Source: Nitrospirota bacterium
GTDB taxonomy: Bacteria; Nitrospirota; UBA9217
DNA: 64,000 nucleotides
Reading direction: 5' to 3'
Assembly: GCA_963790205.1 (NCBI GenBank)
Contig: CAWBNQ010000008.1
Coordinates: forward strand, 1-64,000
Shown: piece after piece, positions 29,701 through 38,178 of the stretch
Layout: each line of letters opens with the position of its first letter
Numbering within the stretch: the stretch's first letter is position 1
Made by a program: the position numbers and the translations under genes
The notes under the pieces: model-generated
Database searches by the model: none
What the model was told of the DNA's origin: nothing
What the model saw: only the letters and a program-made list of their open reading frames with translations

Positions 29701-31825
29701 CGTGTACGACACGTTCCCGTATCAAGCGACCCTTGCCATGGGAGGATCAACGGCAAACACGATCCTGATCGACACGACCAGGTACACGGCCAAGGACTAC
29801 CTCGTCATCCTCCAGGCAACCATCGGCAGTCTGACGGAAACCCTTAGCGGCGCCTACTTCCGGATCGAGGGCGCGCCGTCAAACCCGTCGCTCGTCGGGC
29901 CTGCCGACGGCTCCGACGTTCTTACCTTCACGCCGACCTTGACCGTGAATAACGCTTCGGACCCGAACGACGATAAGCTTACCTACCAGTTCGAGCTCTA
30001 CAGCGACAGCGGGCTGACACAGCCCGTTGCATCATCAGACCTGCTCACCCAGGGCACGGGGACAACGTCATGGACTGTGCCCCTTACCCTCACGGAAAAC
30101 CAGACCTACTATTGGCGCGCCCGGGCTTATGACAACTGGCTCTACGGCCCCTGGATGGCGCCCGCCTCCTTCCGGGTCAATACCGTGGACGATCCGCCCA
30201 CGGCGCCCCTGATCAGCAGCCCCACGGACGGCAGCCAGGTCGCGGCCTACACGCCGGTCCTTACCGTGACCAACGCCACGGACCCGGACAGCCCGAGCCT
30301 TACCTACAACTTCGATCTGGCCCTCGATCCCGGATTCATCCAGATCATTGCCGCGACCACAGGCGTCATGAGCAGCCAGACATCGACTATGTCCAGCCAG
30401 GGGACCACATCGTGGCAAGTTCCGGCAAATCTGGTAGAGAATACCTGGTACTACTGGAGGGCGCAGGCAGACGACTGGTTCATGACCGGCCCGTGGTCAA
30501 CGACAGCTTCGTTCTTCGTCAACACCGCGAACGATCCACCGACAATGCCGGTTATCACGGCCCCGGCGAACAATGCGACCATAGCTGCCCTCGATACGGA
30601 CATCACGGTCGCGAACAGCACGGACCCCGATTCCCCGGTCATCGCGTACTTCTTCGAGGTCGATACGGTCCCGACCTTCGATTCATCCAATATCATCCGC
30701 TCAGGCAGTATAGCCCAGGGCCAGGCTGCGACGACCTGGTATGTTACGGGCCTTACAGAAGACACCCAGTACTATGTCCGGGTGAAGGCCTCCGACGGGC
30801 AGGCGGACAGTCTGTGGTCGGCGACTGCCTCCTTCTTCGCAAACGCAGTGAACGAGCCGCCGACCGCGCCGACGCTTGCCAACCCGTCCAATGCCGGCGC
30901 GGTGACCGTGTTCACGCCGACGCTTTCAATCCTGGATTCGACCGATCCTGATAGGGATGTCCTCACCTATGATTTTGAGGTCTACTCCGACGCAGCCTTA
31001 TCAACTCTGGTAACCGGGACAACCGGTGTGGCTGAGACCAGCCAGATCACGTCCTGGACCGTGCCGGCCATGCTTACGGAAAACCAGACCTACTACTGGA
31101 GAACACGCGCCTTTGACGGCAAGCTCTACAGCCCCTGGATGCCGGCGGCCTCCTTCATGGTAAATACCGCCGATGACGCGCCGAGCGCCCCGAAACTCTC
31201 TTCACCGGCTGACGGGAGTAGCGTCGCAACACTGACACCTACGCTCGCAATCGTGAACGCGACCGACCCGGACAGCCCGAGCCTCACGTATGACTTCGAG
31301 ATATACAGCGGCGGAGCGCTCGTTACTTCCATAATAGGCGTGCCCGGCGGCAGCTCAGGCACCACATCGGCAACCCCGGCCACAGCGCTTACTGACAACA
31401 CCATTTATCAGTGGCGCTGCCGGGCTTATGACGGCCAGCTTTACGGCCCCTGGACCGCCATGGCAAGCTTCACGGTCCATCTGCCGCAAACAGGCATCAC
31501 CGCCACGATCGACTTCGACCCGGACACGCTCAATACAACGAGCAACGGGACCTGGGTCGTGGTCTATATCGAGCTGCCGGCGGGCTACAACGTCAAGGAC
31601 ATCGATGTCTCGTCGATCCGGCTCGAAGGGACCATCCCAGCAGAAACCCGGCCCTACGCGATCGGCGACCATGACAAGGACGGAATCCCGGACCTCATGG
31701 TCAAGTTCAAGCGGAGCGACGCGATCAACGTCCTGCCGCTCGGAGACAGCGTTCCCGTCCATGTGACGGGTAAGGTCGGACCGACGACCTTCGACGGCGT
31801 GGACGTGATCAGGGTAATGCCGTGA
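23702..31825 (+). CDS. giant secreted multidomain protein (2707 aa): prenyltransferase/squalene-oxidase-like repeats, 7 CARDB domains, FG-GAP/VCBS propeller, Ig-like domains, 5 FN3-like repeats
   Basis: AGGAGG RBS and signal peptide MLKRILFGIILIFLSARAGFA; QNxDGxWG repeats; DP.N.I.E....NN CARDB motifs; DxDGDGxxEI motifs; five PxxP...DPD...YxWRxRAxD repeats; C-terminal DHDKDGIPDLMVKF. Confidence 0.9.
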   Translation: MLKRILFGIILIFLSARAGFAQPATVASGINWLIANQNADKSWGGTSSLVTPFNTTAAAVSALKMCGNTGSAAVDGLNWLNGQTPDSVNYTADRLLANALAGLDTTSGLGQLVTWKNNIDGSWGLDGEYSNDIVEIALTLQALHAANYSDYSSLFQTINFLTANQNLDGGWGASTGDASNIYVTSMVLRVLSANSTVFFINQNIISQASAFLLAHQNTDGGFGDSPSTVYATALSLMSLIESGQGSTQTILNGITYLASSQLADGSWNDDPYSTALALQALAEARPNLTVSTSGITFSNTMPLSGATTTISAVISNTGYDNASNVVVRFYFGDPAVGGTQIGTDQILPFIALGSSAQASITTSFSDTGAKTIFVVADPDNLISETNKLDNKASARLWVATGPDLAVYSADLIPSTYVPTAGTAFTLNYTIRNLGESPAGAFTAALYDGDPANNGVLLQTADISGINGSDMRAGTLGVTLTTNGSHTLYLVADSGNVITEISKTNNTASVTVNVGGTLTQADLTISPTDIILNPSRPHAGDTVQIAANVHNTGADAANNFTVEIFDGAPESGGTLINSQTISLVAGGSQLVIASWAIPTGIHDVYVILDRANQIVESNENNNRASVRIMTDMVDIEISATDLVFSPAHPVSGDAVAFTITAHNTGIKDTGPFNLALYNGDPSAGGALLNTYAVGSIQGDGTTAFTYTFIASPQVYRFYAVADPENVVAEMYEDNNTAVRSLTIKAPGETLGPDLVPIKVDLTDTTTDPQTLAISGTAHVTFQNIGDDKITAPFNVIIFEDKDGDGKYTAGVDNLLGTATNTMTLWPEDAGMIDLPLSGAVTFLHSPLYAFVDSGDAILEQNEDNNILVSCKDCQVVPTNPIQPKVKWKWGLPSATWLLLPQPTIMHLRDTNGDGKIDQNDVPDIVLVTLQTYYYFGKIWAFKGDTGENYFSLYDTNHPVDTLSYLSSGDIDGDGKPEIIFETPNPIYGYGLVVYNNDWTLKWDDSAQVQAWKTAHPPSPGGNFYPTISQRNVTAIADLDGDGNKEIVSGPTVINADGSVRCAGYNSYNGSGKGYFNVYGGVLYDFAAVADLNLDGQQEIVAGNAAYDNNCKLLWWKSSLPDGAVAIANFDGDPYPEIVLEGYVSGDAAVYLLDHAGNIKWGPVSVRQLLGNNSIGSFAASPPIVADFDGDGKPEIGIRSENKILVLNKDGQLKNTLTIPNYSTSSARSAAPTVFDLDGDGIPEVMINSGGYFTILSGKDGTVLYQDLFGGYDNVFPQNVLVADVDGDGQVELVVTGHDDKNSLEAMRVYHSSDPNHPWSNGRTVWNQLSYHVTNVNDDGSIPQHEAPSWLLNNSFMTQAGIGRNPNPYLTPNLTASNMRIEQAGLSVNLAVRVGNGGAVASGPTVTVTFYDGPSTGSGQALTDAMIIGTASTTQVLNPGQFQDVVYSWSGGSLGLHHIYAVVDAANAITECRKDDNQTAADVTIVVEYPDLTIIPQNIALPVGPYYEGTPIPVTATISNIGGLAASNVAVRLYNGNPSAGSGQVPGGVQVGEDQVVPLINAGGSASVTFSFNTLGDAGTNVLYIVVDPANAIAEVTKANNTASMMILVQQPVLPDLAVSATDIQLTPTAPREGDTATITAVIHNFGTTVGNIPISFYLGSPTAGGTLIASQTIYPVVASGTTATIQASLDTTGWAGQQQVYVVVDPANTITESNKGNNSASQPFFVQSAGLNATVATDNATYPADSVLTAAITASDATGSTRTLTLGLYVQDSAGNRIATISSADPVTVGPNSSVTLTRTWNTAATLAGQYTMLCELSESGRVISRKSAGFTITPDIRMSAAVTTDKISYNPNDTAGLTTTVTSQSRNTIFGSLTAEVSMQDAVGSGQVFTETRTISTLMPGATFTFKSYWNTGTYASGTYPVTLIVRDSTGAVLATGTQTLTITNVINPTSVLRGQISVGAQELLSGQTSTVSYNVTNVGNADLQNVTLTVLTVNVSDQTVYDTFPYQATLAMGGSTANTILIDTTRYTAKDYLVILQATIGSLTETLSGAYFRIEGAPSNPSLVGPADGSDVLTFTPTLTVNNASDPNDDKLTYQFELYSDSGLTQPVASSDLLTQGTGTTSWTVPLTLTENQTYYWRARAYDNWLYGPWMAPASFRVNTVDDPPTAPLISSPTDGSQVAAYTPVLTVTNATDPDSPSLTYNFDLALDPGFIQIIAATTGVMSSQTSTMSSQGTTSWQVPANLVENTWYYWRAQADDWFMTGPWSTTASFFVNTANDPPTMPVITAPANNATIAALDTDITVANSTDPDSPVIAYFFEVDTVPTFDSSNIIRSGSIAQGQAATTWYVTGLTEDTQYYVRVKASDGQADSLWSATASFFANAVNEPPTAPTLANPSNAGAVTVFTPTLSILDSTDPDRDVLTYDFEVYSDAALSTLVTGTTGVAETSQITSWTVPAMLTENQTYYWRTRAFDGKLYSPWMPAASFMVNTADDAPSAPKLSSPADGSSVATLTPTLAIVNATDPDSPSLTYDFEIYSGGALVTSIIGVPGGSSGTTSATPATALTDNTIYQWRCRAYDGQLYGPWTAMASFTVHLPQTGITATIDFDPDTLNTTSNGTWVVVYIELPAGYNVKDIDVSSIRLEGTIPAETRPYAIGDHDKDGIPDLMVKFKRSDAINVLPLGDSVPVHVTGKVGPTTFDGVDVIRVMP
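27935..27956 (+). repeat. 22-nt REP-like element inserted in frame (copy 1)
   Basis: CCTTCGACAGGCTCAGGGCAGG, read as PSTGSGQ. Confidence 0.65.
28307..28328 (+). repeat. 22-nt REP-like element inserted in frame (copy 2)
   Basis: CCTTCGGCAGGCTCAGGACAGG, 20/22 identical to copy 1, read as PSAGSGQ. Confidence 0.65.
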
Positions 31826-31860
31826 CGGCATGATGATGACGAAAGAGGCGACTTTCTCCT

Positions 31861-31898
31861 CAGCCCTCCCCGGTTCCCTTGGGAGGGCTGAATTATTT
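31861..31898 (+). terminator. GC-rich hairpin after the giant gene
   Basis: Perfect 10-bp stem CAGCCCTCCC/GGGAGGGCTG followed by AATTATTT (weak U-tract). Confidence 0.5.
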
Positions 31899-32029
31899 CG
31901 AACATGTCTAAAAAGTAATGCCGGACCCCGTCAATATTAAAAAGGGCTTGAAAAGCCTTGCTTATTTCTGGTAGAATGCGCTTTACTTCAAAGAGAGCTG
32001 AAAGACGCATCAGGAGGTTTTTTTCTGCC

Positions 32030-33532
32030 ATGATCCGGAACAAGAAATTCTATCTCTCCGCTGCATTTATTCTCGTGGTGGGTATTTTTGTCGGCCTTGT
32101 TCTCTCATCGCGCGTCGGTGTGATCAATCCGCTTCCGGCCAAAAGCCTGATATCCTCCAAGTCGATCGAGCTCCTGACGCAGCTCTCCGAAGCCCAGTCC
32201 GAGGTCGCAGCGGTCGCGACGCCGTCGATCGTGAACATTTCCACGACACGGGTCATCAAAGGGGGTGAAGAAGCCCCCTTCGATTTCTTCGACGACCCGT
32301 TCTTCAGAAGGTTCTTCGGAGACCAGTTCCAGCGCCCAAATCCCAATGCGCCGAAGGAACACAAGGAGCAGAGCCTGGGGTCGGGCGTGATCGTGTCCGA
32401 GGACGGCTATATCGTCACCAACAACCACGTCATCGAGAAGGCGCAGGAAATCAAAGTGCTGCTCCTGAACAAGAAGGACTATAAGGCCAGGCTCATTGGA
32501 GCGGACCCCAAGACCGATATCGCCGTGATCAAGATCGAGGCCAAGGGGCTGCCGGCCGTGCCCTGGGGCGATTCCAACAAACTCAAGGTGGGCGAGATCG
32601 TCTTCGCGATCGGGAATCCCTTTGGCCTGAACCAGACCGTGACCATGGGAGTGATCAGCGCCGTGGGGCGGGCGAACGTGGGCATCGCTGACTATGAGGA
32701 TTTCATACAGACCGATGCGGCCATCAACCCCGGCAACTCCGGCGGCGCCCTCATTAATGCCCGCGGCGAGCTTATCGGCATCAATACCGCCATCCTGTCG
32801 AGGACCGGCGGGTATCAAGGCATCGGCTTTGCCGTGCCGAGCAGCATGGCCCGGCAGGTAATGGACAGCCTGGTGAAGTACAAGAAAGTAGTGCGCGGCT
32901 GGATCGGCGTCAGCATTCAGGAGGTCACCTCCGATCTCGCGGAAGAGTTCGGCGTCAAGGACCTGAAGGGCGCGCTCGTGAGCGGCGTCATCAAGGGCGG
33001 CCCCGCGGAGAAGGCGGGCATCAAACAGGGAGATGTCATATTACAATATAACGGCAAGGTCGTCGAGGACACGGGCCATTTGCGCAACATGGTGTCCCAG
33101 ACGCCGATCGGCACGACGGTAAAAGTCAGGCTGCTGCGCCAGAAGAAGGAGATCGATGCCGACGTGGTCATCGCCGAATTGCCGAGGAAGATGACCGAGT
33201 CGTCTCCGCGGAACCGGGAAGAACCCGGCACGGAAGAGGAGAGCATGGCGCTCACGGGGCTGGTGGTGCGCGAATTGACACCCGAGATCGCCCGGCGTCT
33301 CGGCATCGATGAAACCGAGAAGGGCGTCGTCGTGATCAAGGTCGATACGGAAAGCAGGGTGTACGAGGCCGGGATCAGGCCGGGGGACATCATCCTTCAG
33401 GTCAATCAGAAGAACGTTCGGACCCTGGACGATTACAAAAAATCGGCATCAAAGATAAAGGCGAAGGACAGGGCGCTGCTTCTCATTCGCAGGAACGGTG
33501 AAGACCTTTTCGTCACCATCAAGCCGGAATAG
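32030..33532 (+). CDS. degP: periplasmic serine endoprotease Do/DegP/DegQ with two PDZ domains
   Basis: GSGVI, TNNHV, TDIAV, IQTDAAINPGNSGG; two PDZ domains. Confidence 0.95.
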   Translation: MIRNKKFYLSAAFILVVGIFVGLVLSSRVGVINPLPAKSLISSKSIELLTQLSEAQSEVAAVATPSIVNISTTRVIKGGEEAPFDFFDDPFFRRFFGDQFQRPNPNAPKEHKEQSLGSGVIVSEDGYIVTNNHVIEKAQEIKVLLLNKKDYKARLIGADPKTDIAVIKIEAKGLPAVPWGDSNKLKVGEIVFAIGNPFGLNQTVTMGVISAVGRANVGIADYEDFIQTDAAINPGNSGGALINARGELIGINTAILSRTGGYQGIGFAVPSSMARQVMDSLVKYKKVVRGWIGVSIQEVTSDLAEEFGVKDLKGALVSGVIKGGPAEKAGIKQGDVILQYNGKVVEDTGHLRNMVSQTPIGTTVKVRLLRQKKEIDADVVIAELPRKMTESSPRNREEPGTEEESMALTGLVVRELTPEIARRLGIDETEKGVVVIKVDTESRVYEAGIRPGDIILQVNQKNVRTLDDYKKSASKIKAKDRALLLIRRNGEDLFVTIKPE

Positions 33533-33536
33533 CAGG

Positions 33537-33665
33537 CAAGCACAAACATCCAAGCACGAAACAACAAATAAATTCCAATAACCAAACACCAAATTTCAAA
33601 CGTTTGGAAATTGAAGCTTTGAATTTGGAGCATATTCCTGATTAGGGTTTGATATTTGGCGTTTG
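33537..33665. repeat. AT-rich intergenic palindrome with ~7-nt periodicity
   Basis: Shares CAAGCACGAAA.AACAAATAA and ACCAAATTTCAAACGT.TGGAA with the copy at 57437-57565. Confidence 0.75.
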
Positions 33666-33692
33666 CATTTTTTAGGAAAGGAGGTGAAACAG

Positions 33693-34712
33693 ATGGGACT
33701 TATCCTTATTCGGATCTTATTTATTTTTTTAAGTACCTTGCTCGGGTACTACGTCTCGACGCAGCTCTACGATCAGGTCAGTAAAATCGAAGGAATGGTC
33801 ATCGGCTTCGGAGTTTCAGTCCTTATTATCCTGACCGAATTCCTGTTCAGAAGGGTCTCATTAAAAGTCATCGTCGGCGGTATTCTCGGTTTTATCCTCG
33901 GATTGATGTCCGCGAACATTATCGCGGCCCCGTTGAAGCTTGTTCCGCTTGAGCGGAGCATCGTGAATTTTATTCTCCTGCTCATGAACGGTTTTTTCGG
34001 ATACATCGGCATTACCATCGGGATCAGGGAAGGGGAGCGGTTCAACCCCTCGAACATCAAAAAACTCTTTAAGGGCGGGACGGAAGAGAACATCAAGATC
34101 ATGGACACGAGCGTGATCATCGACGGCAGGATCGCCGACGTGTGCGAGACGGAATTTCTCGACGGCACGATCATCATTCCGCAGTTCATTCTCCACGAAC
34201 TCCAGCATATCGCCGACTCGTCGGATTCCCTGAAGCGGGCGCGGGGAAGACGCGGCCTCGATATCCTGCACCGGATCCAGAAGATGAGCCATATGGAGGT
34301 CCGGATCACCGAGGAAGACTTCCCGAAGATCCGCGACGTCGACAGCAAACTGATCGCTCTGGGGAAAAAACTCGGCGCCAAGGTCATAACCAATGATTTC
34401 AACCTGAACAAGGTCGCCGAGCTTCAGGGCGTCAAGGTGCTCAATATCAACGACCTCTCGAATGCCGTGAAGCCGGTCGCCCTTCCGGGCGAGAGCATGC
34501 GGGTGTTCGTACTCAAAGAAGGCAAGGAACCGGGACAGGGCGTGGCGTACCTGGACGACGGCACAATGATCGTTGTGGAGAACGGCCGCAAGTATATCAA
34601 CAAGAACGTGGATGTGGCGGTCACGAGCGTGCTCCAGACCGCGGCGGGGAGAATGATCTTCACGAAGCTCAAAGAAGATATGGAGCATGATTTACAGACC
34701 GCGGAACGGTGA
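33693..34712 (+). CDS. membrane PIN/TRAM domain protein (YacL-like)
   Basis: N-terminal TM helices; DTSVIIDGRI, ELQHIADS, RGRRGL, TNDFNL, GVAYLDDGTMIVVE, QTAAGRMIF. Confidence 0.92.
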   Translation: MGLILIRILFIFLSTLLGYYVSTQLYDQVSKIEGMVIGFGVSVLIILTEFLFRRVSLKVIVGGILGFILGLMSANIIAAPLKLVPLERSIVNFILLLMNGFFGYIGITIGIREGERFNPSNIKKLFKGGTEENIKIMDTSVIIDGRIADVCETEFLDGTIIIPQFILHELQHIADSSDSLKRARGRRGLDILHRIQKMSHMEVRITEEDFPKIRDVDSKLIALGKKLGAKVITNDFNLNKVAELQGVKVLNINDLSNAVKPVALPGESMRVFVLKEGKEPGQGVAYLDDGTMIVVENGRKYINKNVDVAVTSVLQTAAGRMIFTKLKEDMEHDLQTAER

Positions 34713-34845
34713 GGTTCCGTTGGATGCCGAATTGTAAATTTCAAATTGCAAATTGGAAAATGAAAACTTGAGGAAGTAAAATCTACTAGTTTCAATTTCC
34801 AACCTTAATTTTTCAATTCTTTATTTGCCTTATTTAGGAGGACAG

Positions 34846-35590
34846 ATGTCAGGCCACTCAAAATGGGCAACAACGAAGCACAAGAAAGCCGCTACTGATG
34901 CGAAGCGCGGAAAGATATTCACCAAGATCGGCAAGGAGATCACGGTCGCGGCCAAGCTTGGAGGCGGAGATCCCGGCGGCAACCCCCGTCTCAGGACGGC
35001 GATCGCAAAGGCGAAGTCGGTCAGCCTTCCGGCCGAGAACATCAAGCGTGCGATCCAGAAAGGCACCGGCGAGCTGCCGGGGGTCTCGTACGAGGAAATA
35101 ATCTACGAGGGATACGGACCGGGCGGCGTTGCGGTCATTGTCGAGGTCCTGACCGACAACCGGAACAGGACCGTTTCCGAGATCCGTAATATTTTCAGCA
35201 AGGCCGGCGGCAACATGGGCGAGGCGGGCTGCGTTTCATGGATGTTCCATAAGAAAGGTTATCTTGTCGTCAATCGCGCAAAGGCCGATGAGGACAAACT
35301 CATGACCCTGGCGCTTGATGCGGGAGCAGAGGACATGCAGACCGAAGATGATAACTTTGTGATCACGACGACCTTGAACGATTTCGAAAAGGTTAAAAAG
35401 ACGCTCGAGGACGCCGGCGTGCAGCTCGGACGTCTCCGAGGTCACCATGATACCGCAGACCTATGTGAAGCTCGACGGCAAGGAGGCCCATCAGATGCTT
35501 CGTCTTGTGGAAGCCCTCGAAGACAACGATGACGTCCAGAATGTCTATGCCAACTTCGATATTCCCGAAGAAATATTGAGTTCAGTATAG
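34846..35590 (+). CDS. yebC: YebC/PmpR family protein (one +1 frameshift near 35429, probable sequencing error)
   Basis: [27 protein letters not shown]; deleting one G restores [13 protein letters not shown]. Confidence 0.93.
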
Positions 35591-35738
35591 GAACGGCAGG
35601 CGGGCGGCATGCCGCGCATGCCGAACTGGAAATTGGAAGTTTAAATTGATGCTTGAAAAATTGAGGAGGTGGCTTCCTTGCGATCTCCCATTTCCAATCT
35701 TCAAGGTACCATGATTTTCCGGTCCACGGGGGGGCTTT

Positions 35739-36296
35739 ATGCGGGTTCTTGGGATTGATCCCGGTACGCTTACGAGCGGTTACGGGATAGTTGCTGAAGA
35801 GGACCACAAACTCTTCCATGTTGCGTCGGGAGGGATCAGCCCGTCGGCCAAACAGCCTTTTCCCAAGCGGCTCAAGAAAATTTACGAGGAACTGGAGAAG
35901 GTCATCGACAAATACCGTCCGCAGGTCGTTGTGGTCGAGGACATCTTCGTGTCTAAAAACATCAAATCCGCGCTCAAGCTCGGACACGCGCGCGGTGTTG
36001 CGATCCTCGCGGCCATGAATGCGGGGCTTGCCGTGTTCGAATATGCCCCGCTGGAGGTCAAACAGGCGGTGGTGGGGAACGGGAAGGCCGATAAAAAGCA
36101 GGTGCAAATGATGGTCAAGGCCCTGCTGGACCTTCCGAAAATCCCCCATCCGGCGGACGCAGCGGACGCGCTCGCCGCCGCCATCTGCCATATCCATTCA
36201 TCGAGGCTCAAAGAGATACTCAAAAATTCGTCATCCCTGCGACAGCCGGCCAGAAGCGTGGGCGCCCTCAGGGGCGCCGGCGGACGCAGAGCTTAG
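35739..36296 (+). CDS. ruvC: Holliday junction resolvase
   Basis: LGIDPG, LGHARGV, VKQAVVGNGKADKKQV, DAADALAAAICH. Confidence 0.96.
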   Translation: MRVLGIDPGTLTSGYGIVAEEDHKLFHVASGGISPSAKQPFPKRLKKIYEELEKVIDKYRPQVVVVEDIFVSKNIKSALKLGHARGVAILAAMNAGLAVFEYAPLEVKQAVVGNGKADKKQVQMMVKALLDLPKIPHPADAADALAAAICHIHSSRLKEILKNSSSLRQPARSVGALRGAGGRRA

Positions 36297-36306
36297 GCAT
36301 GATGAA

Positions 36307-36909
36307 ATGATTGCTTCGCTTTCCGGCAAACTGAGGCGCAAAGGCACGGACTACCTGATCGTTGACGTCTCCGGCGTCGGGTACCAGGTCCATGTCCCGC
36401 TTTCCACCTACTGCGGCATCCCTGAAAAAGGCGATGACGTCAGTCTCCATATTCACACTCATCTGCGCGAGGATTCGCTCTCGCTCTTCGGTTTTCTGAC
36501 CGAGGCTGAAAGGGACATGTTTCTGCTCCTCATGGGAGTTTCCGGCATCGGTCCGAAGCTCGCGCTTGCCATACTCTCCAGCCTGTCCGTGGGAGATCTT
36601 TCCTGCGCACTCCGCACGTCGGATGATGCCAAGCTCTGCGCCATCCCCGGCATCGGGAAAAAGACCGCTGCGCGGATGGTCCTCGAATTAAAAGACAAGA
36701 TAAAACATCTTGTGCCTTCATTCAGCGAGGCTTCCCCGACGGCCGCTGCCGGACCCGGCGATGTCGAGGATGTTATATCAGCGCTCGTGGGTCTTGGATA
36801 TAAAAAGCCGCAGGCGGAAGAAACAGTTAGAAAGATCAAGGATGGCCGGCCCGGCCTTGCGATCGAAGAGCTGATCCGGGAAGCGCTTTCCGTGTTACTG
36901 AAAAGATAG
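36307..36909 (+). CDS. ruvA: Holliday junction branch migration protein
   Basis: GVGY, REDSLSLFGF, VSGIGPKLA, IPGIGKKTA, ALVGLGY. Confidence 0.96.
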   Translation: MIASLSGKLRRKGTDYLIVDVSGVGYQVHVPLSTYCGIPEKGDDVSLHIHTHLREDSLSLFGFLTEAERDMFLLLMGVSGIGPKLALAILSSLSVGDLSCALRTSDDAKLCAIPGIGKKTAARMVLELKDKIKHLVPSFSEASPTAAAGPGDVEDVISALVGLGYKKPQAEETVRKIKDGRPGLAIEELIREALSVLLKR

Positions 36910-36945
36910 GCCACGCCAGGCCTGCGGAAGAAGAGACAGCGACCG

Positions 36946-37965
36946 ATGTCGGAGAGAATCATAGAGTCTGAACAGAATGATGATGACGTCCAGCTCGACA
37001 GGAGCCTGAGGCCGCTTCGCTTCGATGATTTTGTGGGGCAGGACAGGATCAAGGAGAACCTGCGTGTTTTCATCGATGCGGCCAAGGGCAGGGGCGAGGC
37101 GCTCGACCACGTGCTGTTCTGCGGCCCGCCCGGGCTCGGCAAAACCACGCTTGCAAACATCATTGCGCACGAACTCGGCGTGGGCATCAGGGCGACATCG
37201 GGCCCCGTGCTCGAACGCGCCGGCGACCTGGCCGCTATTCTGACCAATCTGCAGGACCATGACGTTCTTTTTATCGATGAGATCCACCGTCTGAACCGGG
37301 TCGTGGAGGAGATCCTCTATCCGGCCATGGAGGATTTCCAGCTCGACATCATCATCGGCCAGGGACCGGGCGCCCGCTCCATCAAGCTCGATTTGCCGCA
37401 TTTTACGCTCGTCGGCGCGACCACGAGGACCGGGCTTCTCACCTCCCCGCTTCGTGACCGTTTCGGGGTGATCGATCGGTTGAACTTCTATTCTCCCGAA
37501 GAACTGCGGACCATTGTGCAGCGCTCCGCGGGTCTGCTGGGGGTTACCATCGAGGACGCAGCCGCTGCGGAGATAGCCCGCCGCTCCCGGGGCACGCCGA
37601 GGATCGTGAACCGCCTTCTCCGGCGGGTGAGGGACTTCGCCCAGGTCCAGGGCGACGGAACGATCACTAACGGGCTTGTCGTTTCCTCCATGAAGCGGCT
37701 CGAGGTGGATGAACGGGGATTTGACGAGATGGACCGGAGGCTCCTCCTCTCGATCATCGACAAGTTCGAAGGAGGGCCCGTCGGGCTCGAAACGCTTGCC
37801 GCGGCGCTCAACGAAGAAAAAGATACGCTCGAAGATGTGTACGAGCCATACCTGATCCAGGAAGGGTTTCTCGACCGCACGCCCCGCGGCAGACAGGCGA
37901 CGCGCATAGCCTACGAGTATTTCGGCAGAAAGAGACCTTCATCCGCGCAGGAGAAATTGTTATAG
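36946..37965 (+). CDS. ruvB: Holliday junction branch migration helicase
   Basis: [41 protein letters not shown]. Confidence 0.98.
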   Translation: MSERIIESEQNDDDVQLDRSLRPLRFDDFVGQDRIKENLRVFIDAAKGRGEALDHVLFCGPPGLGKTTLANIIAHELGVGIRATSGPVLERAGDLAAILTNLQDHDVLFIDEIHRLNRVVEEILYPAMEDFQLDIIIGQGPGARSIKLDLPHFTLVGATTRTGLLTSPLRDRFGVIDRLNFYSPEELRTIVQRSAGLLGVTIEDAAAAEIARRSRGTPRIVNRLLRRVRDFAQVQGDGTITNGLVVSSMKRLEVDERGFDEMDRRLLLSIIDKFEGGPVGLETLAAALNEEKDTLEDVYEPYLIQEGFLDRTPRGRQATRIAYEYFGRKRPSSAQEKLL

Positions 37966-38178
37966 CAATTAACAGGCTAACCCCTTTTCACGGATGAGTT
38001 CACAGAACCCGGACAGAAGAAGCCATTGAAGCTTCCTGCAGCAAATGAAGGTTCGTACAGGTATCTGCGGGGAATGCGCGAAGTGAAGGTTCGTAGAGGA
38101 ATCTCCGGAATTCATGGTGTCTTTTAACGCGGCATCCTGCGGGAAATTTACTTTTACAGGAAGTCCTCATCGGTTGCC

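Noticed and set aside
30368..30403. MSSQ-TST-MSSQ micro-duplication
   Set aside because: Short in-frame loop duplication with no evident significance.
29870..31480. CRISPR-like or DGR-like repeats in the giant gene
   Set aside because: The similarity is degenerate protein-domain repetition. There are no fixed-length repeats with spacers, no adenine-specific TR/VR pair, and no cas or reverse transcriptase gene.
38043..38104. preQ1-I riboswitch before queH (GGTTCG)
   Set aside because: No closing P1 strand or A-rich tail, and it is far from the start codon.
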